Source of the DNA: Negaprion brevirostris
Taxonomy: Eukaryota
Direction: 5' to 3'
Assembly (NCBI GenBank): GCA_030324005.1
Contig: JARDVH010000106.1
Coordinates: forward strand, 34,834,242-34,898,241
DNA length: 64,000 nucleotides
In this document: positions 12,110 through 24,954 of the stretch, piece after piece
How positions within the stretch are numbered: the first letter of the stretch is position 1
Layout: each line of letters opens with the position of its first letter
Position numbers and translations under genes: made by a program
The notes under the pieces: model-generated
What the model was told of the DNA's origin: nothing
The model's input: the letters and a program-made list of their open reading frames with translations, nothing else
Database searches by the model: none

Positions 12110-12860
12110 ATTATTTCACATGATGTGGGCATCGCTGGCCAGACCAGCATTTTCTGCCCATCCCTAATATCCCTTGAGAAGATAATGGTGAGCTACCTTG
12201 AACTGCTGCAAACCCACAGGGAGAGAATTCCAAGATTTTGACAACAGTGAAAAAAATGTCAATATAGTTCCAAGTCAGGATGGTGTGTGACTTGAAGGGA
12301 ACCTTGCTGGATGTGGTGTTCCCATGCATTTGCTGTCCTTGCCCTTCTAGGTCGTAGAGATCGCTGGTTTGGAAGGTGCCTGTGACAGAACTTTGGCAAG
12401 TTGCTGTTGTATATTTTGTAAATTGTACATATAGCTGCCATTGTGCGTTGATGGTGGAGGGAATGAACGTCTGTGGGTCGAGTGCTAATCAAACAGACTG
12501 CTTTGTCCTGCTTTGTTAAACCTTTGAGTGTTGTTTGAGCTGCACTCATCCAAGCAAATGGACATACTCCATTACACTCCTGACTTGTGCCCTTGTAGAT
12601 GGAGAACAGGGTTTGGGAAGCCAGGAGGTAAGTTACTCTCACAGAATTCCCAGCCTTGACCTGTTTTTGTGGCCACAGTATTTAAATGGCTAATCCAGTT
12701 AAGTTTCTAGTCAATGGTAACTCCCCAGGATATTTATAGTGGGGGATTCAATTATGTCCATACTATTTAATGTCATAGAGAGATAGTCATGCATAGCACT
12801 TGTATGGCACTAATGTTACCGACCAATTATCGGCATAAACCTGAATGTTGCCCAAGTCTG
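12110..12860 (-). mobile_element. L2/CR1-group LINE 3' fragment; same family at 3930-4210(-), 16560-17350(-), 21660-21945(+), 40690-41245(+), 46110-46470(+), 52555-53720(-)
   Basis: CPFAWMSAAQTTLK..QDKAVCLI; LDTAKTMGPDNILAIVLKTCAPEL; shared tail catcctgacttggaactat. Confidence 0.8.
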
Positions 12861-13534
12861 TTGAATATAGAAGGATAGAAAACTGAAATATAAAATGGAA
12901 ATATGCCAATGCCACTAAAAGCAAATGTGAAAAATTTCCCTTGGGACTAACTCTCAGATTAAGGTAACAGGAATGTTATGCAGTGTACTGATCCAAATTT
13001 ACTTCATGTTATCAATGTGAGTCAGTTATTAAAAATATTTAATTCTCTAATATGCAAATTGGATAAGAAACATCTGTAGCTGATTAATTTGAAAAGCACA
13101 AAGTCTAAAAGGAACTCCATTGCACCGAATGAAAGGTGAAACATGTTAAATGACAAGCAGAAAAAACTAATGTCATTTAATTTAAGTGCTCTCAAGTCCA
13201 ACCTTTGTCCTTGTCACTCTCATAAAAGAGATTCAAAAGAAGTGGAAGCAAGGAAGTGTAATATAATTTGTATTGTAACTGCCTCAAAACCATAAAAACA
13301 AATCAGTATTTTACACTCTGCACTTGTACAGGGCAGAGTACATTGATCCACAGCTCCGGTTATTGTTTAAATACTTCTTGGCAACCAGAATAAGTAGCTA
13401 GTTAAATTAAAGAGCTAGCCTTGGGTTAACTTTAATCTCCCTGTGCAGAAGTTAATGACGCATTGATAAAAGCTCAAATATTCAGAATTCTAAAATGGTT
13501 GTCAGCAAATTACCAAAGCTGAAGTCCATACACA

Positions 13535-15712
13535 TACACTCTGCTGCTGGTTTATTCCAAGTGACATTGGATCTTGGAAAATAGGAGCATATGGTTCAAG
13601 CAAGTCACAAGAATCTTATTCTGTACGTTCCTTATGTTCCTTGCTCACATTACTGCATGATAATTATTCTGCATACTCTCTGTTTCCCTTCTGATATGTT
13701 TGTGCTATGCTCTTTTCCTTCTCCTCAACTTTTTCCTCCACCCAGTGCATTTCAAGACTGGGCAAACAGCCTGGCTCCCAACAATCCTGTGATGTTGCCC
13801 AAAATTAAGGCGTAGTTCAAATGGACACATTCTGTTCAACGAATAAAATCCTGTGCCAGTAATGACTGGTTGAAGTCTCACATCACCAGGTTAAAGTCCA
13901 ACAGGTGTATTTGGTAGCAAAAGCCACTAGCTTTCGGAGGGCTTCGCCTTTGTCAGGTAAGTGGGAGTTCTGTTCACAAACAGGGCATGTAAAGACACAA
14001 ACTCAATTTACAAAATAATGGTTAGAATACGAGTCTTTACAGGGTATTCAAGTCTTAAAGATACAGACAACGTGAGTGGACAGAGCATTAAGCACAGGTT
14101 AAAAAGATGTGTATTATCTCCAGACAGGACAGTTAGTGAGATTTTGCAAACCCTGGCAAGTCATGGGGGTTACAGACAGTGTGACATGAACCCAAGATCC
14201 TGGTTGAGGCCGTCCTCATGTGTGCGGAACTTGTCTATTAGTCTCTGCTTAGTGACTCTGCATTTTTGTATGTCGTGAAGGCAGCCTTAGACAACGTTTA
14301 CCCAAAGATCAGAGGCTGAATGCCCGTGACTACTGAAGTGTTCCCCAACAGGAAGAGAACATTCTTGCCTGGTGATTGTTGAGCGGTGTTCATTCATCCG
14401 TTGTCGTAGCATCTGCATGGTCTCCCCAATGTACCATGCCTCGGGACATCCTTTCCTGCAGCGTATCNNNNNNNNNNNNNNNNNNNNNNNNNNNNNNNNN
14501 NNNNNNNNNNNNNNNNNNNNNNNNNNNNNNNNNNNNNNNNNNNNNNNNNNNNNNNNNNNNNNNNNNNNNNNNNNNNNNNNNNNNNNNNNNNNNNNNNNNN
14601 NNNNNNNNNNNNNNNNNNNNNNNNNNNNNNNNNNNNNNNNNNNNNNNNNNNNNNNNNNNNNNNNNNNNNNNNNNNNNNNNNNNNNNNNNNNNNNNNNNNN
14701 NNNNNNNNNNNNNNNNNNNNNNNNNNNNNNNNNNNNNNNNNNNNNNNNNNNNNNNNNNNNNNNNNNNNNNNNNNNNNNNNNNNNNNNNNNNNNNNNNNNN
14801 NNNNNNNNNNNNNNNNNNNNNNNNNNNNNNNNNNNNNNNNNNNNNNNNNNNNNNNNNNNNNNNNNNNNNNNNNNNNNNNNNNNNNNNNNNNNNNNNNNNN
14901 NNNNNNNNNNNNNNNNNNNNNNNNNNNNNNNNNNNNNNNNNNNNNNNNNNNNNNNNNNNNNNNNNNNNNNNNNNNNNNNNNNNNNNNNNNNNNNNNNNNN
15001 NNNNNNNNNNNNNNNNNNNNNNNNNNNNNNNNNNNNNNNNNNNNNNNNNNNNNNNNNNNNNNNNNNNNNNNNNNNNNNNNNNNNNNNNNNNNNNNNNNNN
15101 NNNNNNNNNNNNNNNNNNNNNNNNNNNNNNNNNNNNNNNNNNNNNNNNNNNNNNNNNNNNNNNNNNNNNNNNNNNNNNNNNNNNNNNNNNNNNNNNNNNN
15201 NNNNNNNNNNNNNNNNNNNNNNNNNNNNNNNNNNNNNNNNNNNNNNNNNNNNNNNNNNNNNNNNNNNNNNNNNNNNNNNNNNNNNNNNNNNNNNNNNNNN
15301 NNNNNNNNNNNNNTGCAGGGCACCCATCAAGAGAACAACACTTCATTTTGGGTCTTTAACACCAGTACTTTCCACCTGGGAAATGTTCTATGCCTTGTTT
15401 GGGGTTGATGTCTCCTTTCCATAGGAAAAAAATGCATAATACAAATGAAGCTTCTATCCCTTGTGTAACCTAACTGGTGAGTATATATCATTGGTGGTGG
15501 CTTGAAGGATCCAGTCATGTACATTTTCCATCAATTTCCGTGTATCGAACCATTTCTATGGTAGCTTTCTGTAGCTTGATCTCCAGGAGATAGTATAGCC
15601 ATGTGGCAACACATTTTGTGAAGGTCTTTAGATAGTTCTGAGGAAAAGATGAATATGGACACAACGCACAGTTTTTGCTTCATCTGCACTTGTCGTCCAT
15701 CCTTGAACTCAT
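13535..15712 (-). pseudogene. Pseudo-exon(s): C-type lectin-like (15712-15314) and SRCR-like (13875-13535), separated by a Penelope element
   Basis: Acceptor tcttgtaattcag. Reads LPHGYTISWRSSYRKLP*KWFDTRK (CTLD start). After the insertion: FWATSQDCWE / SQAVCPVLKCTG, resembling WGTVCDD.W..A.VVC..L.C.G. Confidence 0.5.
13875..15313 (-). mobile_element. Penelope-like retroelement (GIY-YIG endonuclease end), mostly inside an assembly gap
   Basis: IRCRKGCPEAWYIGETMQMLRQRMNEHRSTI...PVGEHF; 3' pLTR-like end with a hammerhead-like core. Confidence 0.88.
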
Positions 15713-15917
15713 CTGAATTACAAGACAAGAAGTAACACCAAAAGGTAACCAACAACAAAAACATGCCACAGACCAAAGCTCTGCTAATACAAGGAACAAA
15801 ACGCAATTAAATAGCAATGATGAGTGGGAAAAATGCACATAATATAGATTTAAGATTTTGACTTGAGCAGCCGTGTCACTTGAGAGGCCATGTCACATTC
15901 TATGATTGTATGTGACA

Positions 15918-16245
15918 CCATAGAATCCCTGCAGTGTGGAAGGTGGCCATTTGGCCCATCAAGTCTGCACTGACCACAATTCCACCCAGGCCCTATTCCC
16001 ATAAACCCACATATTTACCCTGTTAACCCCCTGACACTAGGGCTAATTGGTTAATTTAGCTTGGCCAATCAACCTAGCCTGGACATCCTTGGAATATGGG
16101 AGAAAACTGGACCACCCGGACGAAACCCACACAGACACAGGGAGAACGTGCAAACTCCACACAGACAGTGACCCGAGGCCAGAATTGAACCTGGCCCCCT
16201 GGCACTGTGAGGCAGCAGTGCTAACCACTGTGCCACTGTGCCGCT
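15918..16245 (-). mobile_element. HE1-type SINE; further copies at 18707-19020(+), 20150-20448(+), 26937-27120(+), 49762-50095(-), 60525-60815(+)
   Basis: tRNA head, central domain and CR1-like tail ending in gattctat repeats. Confidence 0.85.
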
Positions 16246-17354
16246 CACATGATTCATTAAGTGGTCATTTTATATAGGTGAGCTGACCAAAATTTAGCAA
16301 AGCCTATTACGGGATCATTTGCCTGGTTCTCAAATCTCTAATGGATTCACAGTGTAGTCTTACCCACAACCCACATTTCCTTTGTCACTAAGTGTGGCCT
16401 GCTGTCCCTCTGCTGCACAGGCCTGATTTTAGAAATATCCCGCCCAATCTAAGGCTCCAGGCCTCAGAAAAATGACATTTGAGCAACTTAACATTAAAGA
16501 CCAGCTGCTGAAAGACAGCCAGGATAGAACAATAGCCTCTCTCCTGAGGGACCTAGCTTCTGTGTTTATTAATTTATGGGATGTGAGCATCACCAGCTAG
16601 ACCAGTCTTTATTGTCTATCCCTAATTACTAATTATCCTGGAGAAGGTGGTGCTGTGCTGCTTTCTCGAAATGCTGCAAATCCTGAGGTACATGCAGACC
16701 CACATTACTGTCAAGGGGGGAATTCCAGTATTTTGACCCAGCTGTCAGGCAAGGAGGAATTGGTCGAGCTAGGGAACTGTGGTGCACTAGGATTCTCTGG
16801 GAGGCAAGAGAGGCGATTGCAGAGCCTCTGGCTCTGATCTTCAGGTCGTCGTTGGTCTCAGGTNNNNNNNNNNNNNNNNNNNNNNNNNNNNNNNNNNNNN
16901 NNNNNNNNNNNNNNNNNNNNNNNNNNNNNNNNNNNNNNNNNNNNNNNNNNNNNNNNNNNNNNNGTTTAAGAGATCCGTGGATAGGTTTATGGATGGAAAG
17001 GGATTAGTTTAGGTTAGAGGGTCATTGCTTTTTAACTGGTCGGCGCAACATCGTGGGCCGAAGGGCCTGTTTTGTGCTGTAATGTTCTATGTTCTATGTT
17101 CTAAGTCAAGATGGTGTGTGTCTTGGGGGGGAACTTCTAAGTGGTAGTGTCCCCATGTATCTTCTGCCTTTGTCCTTTAAGGTGCTGGAAGTTGCAGGTT
17201 TGGAATGTGATATTAAGAGAGTCTTGGCAAGTTGCTGCAGTGCATTTTGTACACTGCTGCCAATGTAGTTGGTGTTGGAGGAGGTGGAAGTTTATAATGG
17301 TAGATGCGGTGGCAATCTAATGGGCTGCTTAGTCTTGATGGTATCAAACATCTT

Positions 17355-17641
17355 GGGCCAGATATTTTGCCTCTGGCTGCGTTGGCATGAAGGCAGGTGA
17401 TATAAGAATGGTGCATGGAATCTGATTCTGGGATTCTCGACCCATTCCCATAATTTGGCATTTGTAAGGATGTAGTATATGGGTTCAGGCTTCGAGACCA
17501 CATACAACAATCCAGCCCTTGCCTACCACATTGTGGGGGTGGGCATTTTAGAGCCCTCACTATTTTCATGAAGGCAGACCCATTTTGGTAGACAATGGAG
17601 TTCACAGCCAGTGGAGTTGTGAACCATGGGGGAGTCCTAGT
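17355..17641 (-). pseudogene. Pseudo-exon: Ig (I-set-like) domain
   Basis: Acceptor cttatttctag. Reads TPPWFTTPLAVNSIVYQNGSAF / EGSKMPTPTMW* / SYITCLHANAARG, resembling PP.F...V..G.....G.P.P...W ... Y.C.A.N..G. Confidence 0.5.
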
Positions 17642-19403
17642 CTAGAAATAAGGATTTTTTGACAGGTTAGTTCAAAAGTTCACATTTCATAATCAAATTT
17701 TGTCTGATAAGTATGGTTTTAATGCAGTGACTGATGAGTGGGCTTGTTTAGAAAAGGTGAGTCATCATTGAATTGACTGGCAATGTGAAATTGAAAAAGT
17801 CACTAGTGGGTAAAGTTTTGTTCAGCATTCAACAGTATTGGAATTCAGATTTTAATCTATCAACTGGAACCCAATCTTTGGGCTTCATATTGATAAACAT
17901 GTCAACGATCTTTCTAGTCTTTGAAGCAATTCAACCTGTCCTACCAGTTCAAAGATTTTAACATATTCATCTCTGAATGCTTTGTTGACACAGTTATGCA
18001 ATGGAATCTCATATTGAATGTTAGTCTGAGCTCCAAATCCCACTAATGGATCAAACTCACCACTTGTGAAAGGATCGAGAATGAGGGGGCAGATATTTAA
18101 AGTACTTGGCAAAAGAAGCAAATGCAATGTGAGGGGAAACATTTTCATGTAATGAGTTCTTTAAGGTGTGGAATACACTGCCTGTATTGTGAAGACAGGT
18201 TCAACAAAGGCATTCAAAAGGATATTAAACTATTATTTGAAAATGAAGCGTGTTTGGGGTTATGGGACATAGGCAGGGGAATGGAACTAGATGACTACAC
18301 AATTGGAGACTAGTGCTGACATATCAGGCCTCCTTCAGTGCTGCAAATATTCTGTGATTTTGTGTATTGTTGGTGATACAGCTGTCAAGAGGATTGTAAG
18401 CTTTGTTTTGATTGACAATTTTATGACATCCTTAGAGAAATTTTGGAAAAAAGAAACATGATCACATTTTGCACATTTCTCAACTAAACAAAAGGTTAAG
18501 GAACAGTCATTCTCTGGTTTGTTCCCAAGGACAATACCTTGGCTAATCAGAGCCAGCCTGCCCAGCCTGAATTTGGACATAGCTAGGCATTTAACTCTCC
18601 CGAGCTTCATTCTGCTTGGCAACATATCCACCAATTAGAATCAATTACTAACCAATCAGCATTCTCTTCTCATGCAGTATAAATTGTTGTTTCCCCAGTA
18701 CTGTTTGGGGTGGCACAGTGGTTAGCACTGCTACCTCACATCACCAGGCACCTGGGTTCAATTCTGGCCTTGGGTCACTGTCTGTGTGGAGTTTGCACGT
18801 TCTCCCTGTGTCTGCTTTGGGTGCTCCGGTTTCCTCCCATAATCCAAAGATATGTGCGTTAGGTGGATTGGCCATGCTAAATTGCCCCTCAATGTCAGGG
18901 GGGCTAGCTAGGGAAAATGCATGGGGCTATGGGGATAGGGCCTGGGTGAGATTGTGGTCGGTGCAGACTTAATGAGCCGAATGGCCTCCTTCTGCATGTG
19001 GAGATTCTATGATTCTATGATACCGCTGGAAAATTCTTGTGAGCAGCCTTGATAAGTGTAAGATGAAAAGCTTTGACAATATGTCTCTTTTTCACCATTA
19101 CTCAAGTTCTGTACAACCAAATAACTAAAAATATAAGTTATTAACAGTTTACCTGGCTAACAATTGGCGCTCAGTGTGGTTTCTATCACGTTTTCATCAC
19201 GTTTCAATGCAGAGCATTCATAATGATTAAAGTATAAGTGGAAAAAGAAAATATTTTATTTTCAGATAATTATTAACAGGGCCCATGCTCCTTGATGGTC
19301 CAGAATTACTTTTACTAGACCCCTTCCTCTTTCATCACCTCGTTAGAACCTGTATTGTGTCCCATCATAGGACCCTGGTTCCCATATTAAAAGTGACGAT
19401 TAC

Positions 19404-19722
19404 CTGAATCTGACAGGTGTTCAGAACACCCAGGGAGAGATACCTTTTAAGTTGACACCTTCTCCATTGCCAATGGTATTAGGCTGGTAGGGCTACCAAT
19501 CCCACTTTAATGCTGTTACTGGCCTGTTATCACCAGACAAAGAGAGTCAAAATAGAATCCCCTGTGTTAGTTGTTCCTCATGTACAACCAGGTAAATTTT
19601 GCAGTTCATTGGACTCTTCACTCAGGGTACATACAATTCCAGTGTTTTCAGAAAATTATACTCTCTGGCACTGATTGGATAGCCAGGAATTAACTGAAGC
19701 CCGGGAGTATAATGCTTTTAGC
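19404..19722 (-). pseudogene. Pseudo-exon: C-type lectin domain
   Basis: Acceptor catgcag and donor CAG|gtaatc. One frame reads GLQLIPGYPISAREYNFLKTL ... KWDW*PYQPNTIGNGEGVNL..SPW (S..E..FL and W...QPN motifs). Confidence 0.6.
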
Positions 19723-21414
19723 CTGCATGACTAACATGAAAGACAGATTTCTGTATCTTAGTCTGAAACGGATTTAACACTCATCACCATCAAACAGCGT
19801 CCTTTACTGTACACTTCACTGAACCATTTGAAAACTGAACAAACTAGGGTATAAACAAAGCAGTGTTGCTCTGAAATCATTATGACAGAGGTTTGACTTA
19901 CACAGGGCAGGGTTGAACTCTCAGAGACAGTTCTGTTTCTTCTGCCTCAATGGTATAGTGAGCTTTGCATGAGTAATGTGAATGCTAGGGAATGGAAATT
20001 TCCACTGACTGCCTAGTTTCTATTCTCGATGACATGTACTCCTTCTCTAAACCTCTCTGCTCTTCCAATTCTTTCTCCATGTTTCGAATTTTCCTTTAAA
20101 GCTATCCTTTCAACCATACGTCCAGTTACAACTCCTGGCCTCTCCCTTCACCCAGGGACCTGGGTTTGATTCCAGGCTTGGGTCATTGTCAGTGTGGAAT
20201 TTGCACATTCTCCTCGTGCCTGCGTGGGTTTCCTCTGGGTGCTCTAGTTTCTTCCCACAGTCCAAAGAGGCGTGGGTTAGATTGATTGGCCATGCTAAAA
20301 TTGTCCCTTAATATCCTGAGATGCGTACGTTAGAGGGATTAGCAGGTAAATATGTAGGGATATGGGTAGAGCCTGGGTGGATTGTGGTCAGTGCAGACTT
20401 GATGGGCCAAATGGCCTTTTTCTGCACTGGAGGGTTTCTATGATTCTATCTCCTTTTCCCTAATGTGAAGCACCTTGAGATGCGTCTTTGTATTACAGGT
20501 GCTACACAGTTACAGTTTATAGGTCTTTCGATATATTGAAAGTGCAATGTGGCACACATTATATTAATAACTATATTAATAATTATAACTGTTTACTGAG
20601 GAGGCAGTATACCCATTGTTCCATTAATTGTATAGTGGAAGATTGTTGTAAAAATTGTCAGGATTTGCAGTCGTTTCTGTAAGGAAATTACCTGCCATTG
20701 TACTTGGCATGCAATTCTTAAATAGTTGCGCAGTTGATGTATTTGTTATACTAACCTATCCCTTTCTTCATCCCCACCAACCTAATTTGCCCTAACATTT
20801 CGAGATCATCAATATAAGAGAGTCACCAAGAAACCCAATAAGGAATTCAGAAGAAACCTCTTTATCCAAACAGTGGCAAATCCAATCCACAGGAATGGTT
20901 GAAGTGAATACAGATGGAAAGTATAGATGCATTTACAGTGAAACTAGAAATACAGATGAGGGTGAAGGGAATAGAGGGTTATAATGATAGATTTAGATGA
21001 GAAAAGATGGGAGGAGGTTTGAGTTGAATGCTAGCATGGACAGGTTGGACTGAATGACCTGTTTCTATGCTGTATATCTTGTGTAATCCTATCCAATTTC
21101 TCACCCACTTCCCAAGATATACTGTCATTGTTCTTACCCTTCTCTCAGACATTATTCATCTCTGTAATTCACCAGCATTCCCATTTTGATGTTAGAATCC
21201 CTCTCTCTCTCATCTCTCATTTTATTTTGGCCATAGTCCCCTTACATCAGCTGACCTGTTCATGCTGACAGTCTCCTGTTCCACTGCAATGCAAGCCAAT
21301 TCTCCTCTGCCCCATCTCTCAGTTCATGCCTATGCTCTTCTACCTTTCTGTTTGAGTCAATAATAAGCTTCAGCTTGTCCCAACCCCATATCACAAGAAC
21401 TCTTACCCATAAAT

Positions 21415-21645
21415 AAACGCAAAATACTGTGGATATTGGACTCTGAAACAAAAACAGAAAAATGCTGGGAAATCTCAGTAGGTCTGGCAGCATCTGTGGA
21501 GAGAGAATAGAGCCAATGTTTCGAATCTAGATGACCATTTATCAGAAGGGTCATCTAGACATGAAACAAAGGGTCATCTAGGCTCGAAACATTGGCTCCA
21601 CAGGTGCTATCTGACCTACTGAGATTTTCCAGCATTTTTCTGTCA
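21415..21645. mobile_element. Penelope-derived inverted short repeat; related copies at 25070-25199, 27235-27860 and 57540-57685
   Basis: aaatgctgg..ctcag.aggtctggcagcatctgtggagagag motif in both orientations; the 27.7 kb copy encodes the Penelope C-terminus LNIEFNNFR. Confidence 0.75.
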
Positions 21646-22508
21646 ACTCTTACCCACAGCTCCTCGCTAAAGCTCCTTCAACAGCACCTTCCAAATCCAC
21701 AACCTCTATCATCTAGAAGGACAAGGACAGCAGATACATGGGAACACCACCACCTGGAAGTTCCCCTCCAGAGCACTCAACATTCTGACTTGGAAATATA
21801 TCACTGTTCCTCCTCTGTCACTGGATAAAAATCTGAGAACCTCCTCCTTAACAACACAGAGGGTGTACCTACATTGCACAGACTGCAGTGATTCAAGAAG
21901 ACAACTCAACGCCATCTTTGCAAGAACATTTAGAAAAATAAATAATCNNNNNNNNNNNNNNNNNNNNNNNNNNNNNNNNNNNNNNNNNNNNNNNNNNNNN
22001 NNNNNNNNNNNNNNNNNNNNNNNNNNNNNNNNNNNNNNNNNNNNNNNNNNNNNNNNNNNNNNNNNNNNNNNNNNNNNNNNNNNNNNNNNNNNNNNNNNNN
22101 NNNNNNNNNNNNNNNNNNNNNNNNNNNNNNNNNNNNNNNNNNNNNNNNNNNNNNNNNNNNNNNNNNNNNNNNNNNNNNNNNNNNNNNNNNNNNNNNNNNN
22201 NNNNNNNNNNNNNNNNNNNNNNNNNNNNNNNNNNNNNNNNNNNNNNNNNNNNNNNNNNNNNNNNNNNNNNNNNNNNNNNNNNNNNNNNNNNNNNNNNNNN
22301 NNNNNNNNNNNNNNNNNNNNNNNNNNNNNNNNNNNNNNNNNNNNNNNNNNNNNNNNAATGGTCAATAAAGAGGATTTTGCAGGTTTAACTGGGCTGGGAT
22401 TATGTTCCTCCTTGTTCTGTTTCAGTACAGACCTGGGTTATTGCTGGTAGATTTGTGTAATACTTCTCCTGTGATGAACAGTGACATCTACTGAAAATAC
22501 ATACTTAC

Positions 22509-23189
22509 GACAGTTCTCTTTAAAAAAGCAGGCAGTTCTCATTTTAAATAAAGTGACACTTATTTCCTCCTCCCCTGAAGAATGGCTGCACAATGGGTGT
22601 AATCAGCTGGAAGATGAGCAGAAGTCCATTATATCAGATTTCCGTCCATTTAGTTCCATTGAATGTTTTGGTTGGGTGTTGTATTGGTGCTAGTTTCCAG
22701 CCACTTTTCATGTTAAAATTAGTAATTTAGACACTCAACTTCCTGGTATTTGCTCTAAAATAGTTCCAGACTGCTGCGAATATTCTTTTCAAAGAGCACC
22801 ACACTAATCATGGGAGCATTTTGAGGCTCTTTCTCAACACCTCTTTATTTGTCTCTCTCCCATTTTCATTTAATTAGTCAGGAATACTTATGCCAGTGGG
22901 TTTGGTGCTGCCATGTTTCTGCTATGTCTATTCTCTGCAATTCTTTCAGAGTCTTATCAGGCCAGGTGGGAAATTTGTCACTTTATCTTTTCAACTTCTG
23001 TTCAGAATCCAAAGCTATTTTTAATGTCCTAATTTTCAAGAGACTCGTGCAGCATCAGTCACTTTAAGGCTTTAACGTTCTACAGGATTGCTGTTAAGTA
23101 TCAACTCAGATCTCCACTTTTCCCCCCTGCCTTTGGCACTGAATTAGTCCCAATGCCACCAACATTATTGCGTTTTAGAGGATAAGAGT
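22509..23189 (-). pseudogene. Pseudo-exon: fibrinogen-related domain and C-type lectin remnant
   Basis: Acceptor tgtttccatccag and donor gtaagt at 22508. Reads GGKSG ... TLKIALDSEQKLK ... KTLKELQRIDIAETW ... QWN*MDGNLI*WTSAHLPADYTHCAAILQG. Confidence 0.55.
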
Positions 23190-24954
23190 CTGGATGGAAA
23201 CAGAGGAAAATCCCAAAAGGAAGACAGTCACATCCTACACCTCCATTTACATTAGCTGCCGAGGTTGGGGCAATTTTCCCCACTGCCCATTCAGCAGATA
23301 TGTGATGGGGTGGGTCGCAAGTGCACTCACAGCGAAGAACCTATTTCTTGTCCTAAATCCCTGAGGTGTTGTCTTTAGCTTGATCAGGTTGGCCAGCCCA
23401 GGCCTGTATCAGTGGATCAGATGTGGAAGTGCACGGAGCAGCCCAGAGCTGCATTACCACAAGAGTTGCCAAGGCCCTTCCTAGACTTGAGAAAATTGTT
23501 CAGTAATATTCCTCCAGCTTCTAAGGAATTGTAACAATTGCCCCTTTAACAGCAATACAGCAAAATAAGAGTCACAAGTGCTATGTGACCCTTGCCCTGC
23601 TGTGTTGCCCTTAAAGGGACAGTCATCACAGGAATACATACTGCATTTAAAGAAGTTGATTATCTTTGTCTGAGAAACCAGAGGAGCCTATCATATCTTC
23701 TCAATAAATTCATGCCAGCTTCCACCAGATTCCTGTTGGGGCTTTACAAGGGCCTATTGAATTTAATTCTCATGATGGCCTAGATTTGCCCCCTCTAATG
23801 CAGGGATAATGGCAACAGATCTCATCCATTTGCCCCATTAGGATTTGCTGGACAGTTCACTTAGTGGCGAACCTTGTCAAATCTGGCTCTTCCCTGTTGG
23901 GAGCACAGTTGATATTTCAAGGTCAATTTTTTACATGTAGATATAAGTGAAGCATGCTGCTCAACCATGATGTTTCTCATTCATAATCTGGACTTTAAAA
24001 AATGTTTGCAAAGTTTAGCTACTAGGTTGGTCCAAGGTAGCCCAATACCTGATGTTTCCTATGGGAATGCAATCTAAATGTACACTGAGGTTGATCAGTG
24101 TTTAATTACTGTTTGGTAGGTTCCGCAGATTGGCATGTTTTTCTACATTTCAGTCTGAATAATACAGCATGAAGTGACCACTTTTCCTCAGACATTTCAT
24201 ATACTAATGCATACCGTTTAGAATGTATTCGTGGAGCGTGCTGCATTCAATAAGCCTGACAGTGTGTGCTGGATGGAGGATAGCAGATGGAGTGTAACAG
24301 ATGGAATGTAACAGATGCTATTCAATGATTTACATAAATAACTAGGTAGATATTATTGTGTGGGACATTTTAGTTTTTGCTGTGGAGTTTGATAAGTCTT
24401 GTTTCACCACACTCTTGGATGAAGTGAGGAAGTTAGGGACATGTTTCATGGTTCATATCCTTAAGATATTTTATAATTATGCATCATCTTAGTGAACAAA
24501 AAAATTAAACTGGTAGCAGTAATTGGCTAGGCTATGAAATAGTTATTCTTATGCTATTGTTTTTTGAGTTTTGTTGGATTTTTAGCAACAGATAGGTTTC
24601 TGTGGTAAACCTACACCAGACAGTGTTGTCATGTTCTGTGCACAGAAATATTCTAAATCTGTTTAAAATGTCATCATGGCAGGTTTATACTGCCATGAGC
24701 TGCAGCTAATTACAAGGGAGTTGAATATTATACAAACAAAGCAAACCCCAGTCAGCATGATTCATCTAAATGTGTACATTTGATCACTGAGTGGCATTAT
24801 TCCTACTGCTGAACTACCACCAAGTCAAACTGTTTGATATGCAGGTTAGATTTAAAATAAAAACCCAGACACCCATGGCAATATTTAATAAATACCTGGA
24901 ATTCAAAGTCTAACAAAAAGTGATAAATGTATGTACTGTGGAACATTGTCCACT

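Noticed and set aside
14287-15424. Long ORFs of 300+ aa here and at 21.7-22.4, 25.6-27, 30-31, 36.1-36.5 and 46.6-47.3 kb
   Set aside because: Artefacts of translating through N gaps.
15327-15806. Two same-frame ORFs separated by a single TGA (selenocysteine or read-through idea)
   Set aside because: No SECIS or selenoprotein motif is evident. The lectin-like signal is in a different frame, within a region full of stops and frameshifts.
19490-19545. WD40-like LSGDNRPVTALKWD
   Set aside because: Flanking motifs (S..EYNFL, W...QPN) fit a C-type lectin domain better, and no other WD repeats are present.
24590-24665. Plus-strand CUB-like IGFCGKPTP
   Set aside because: Isolated short match; the minus strand here fits the pseudogene at least as well.
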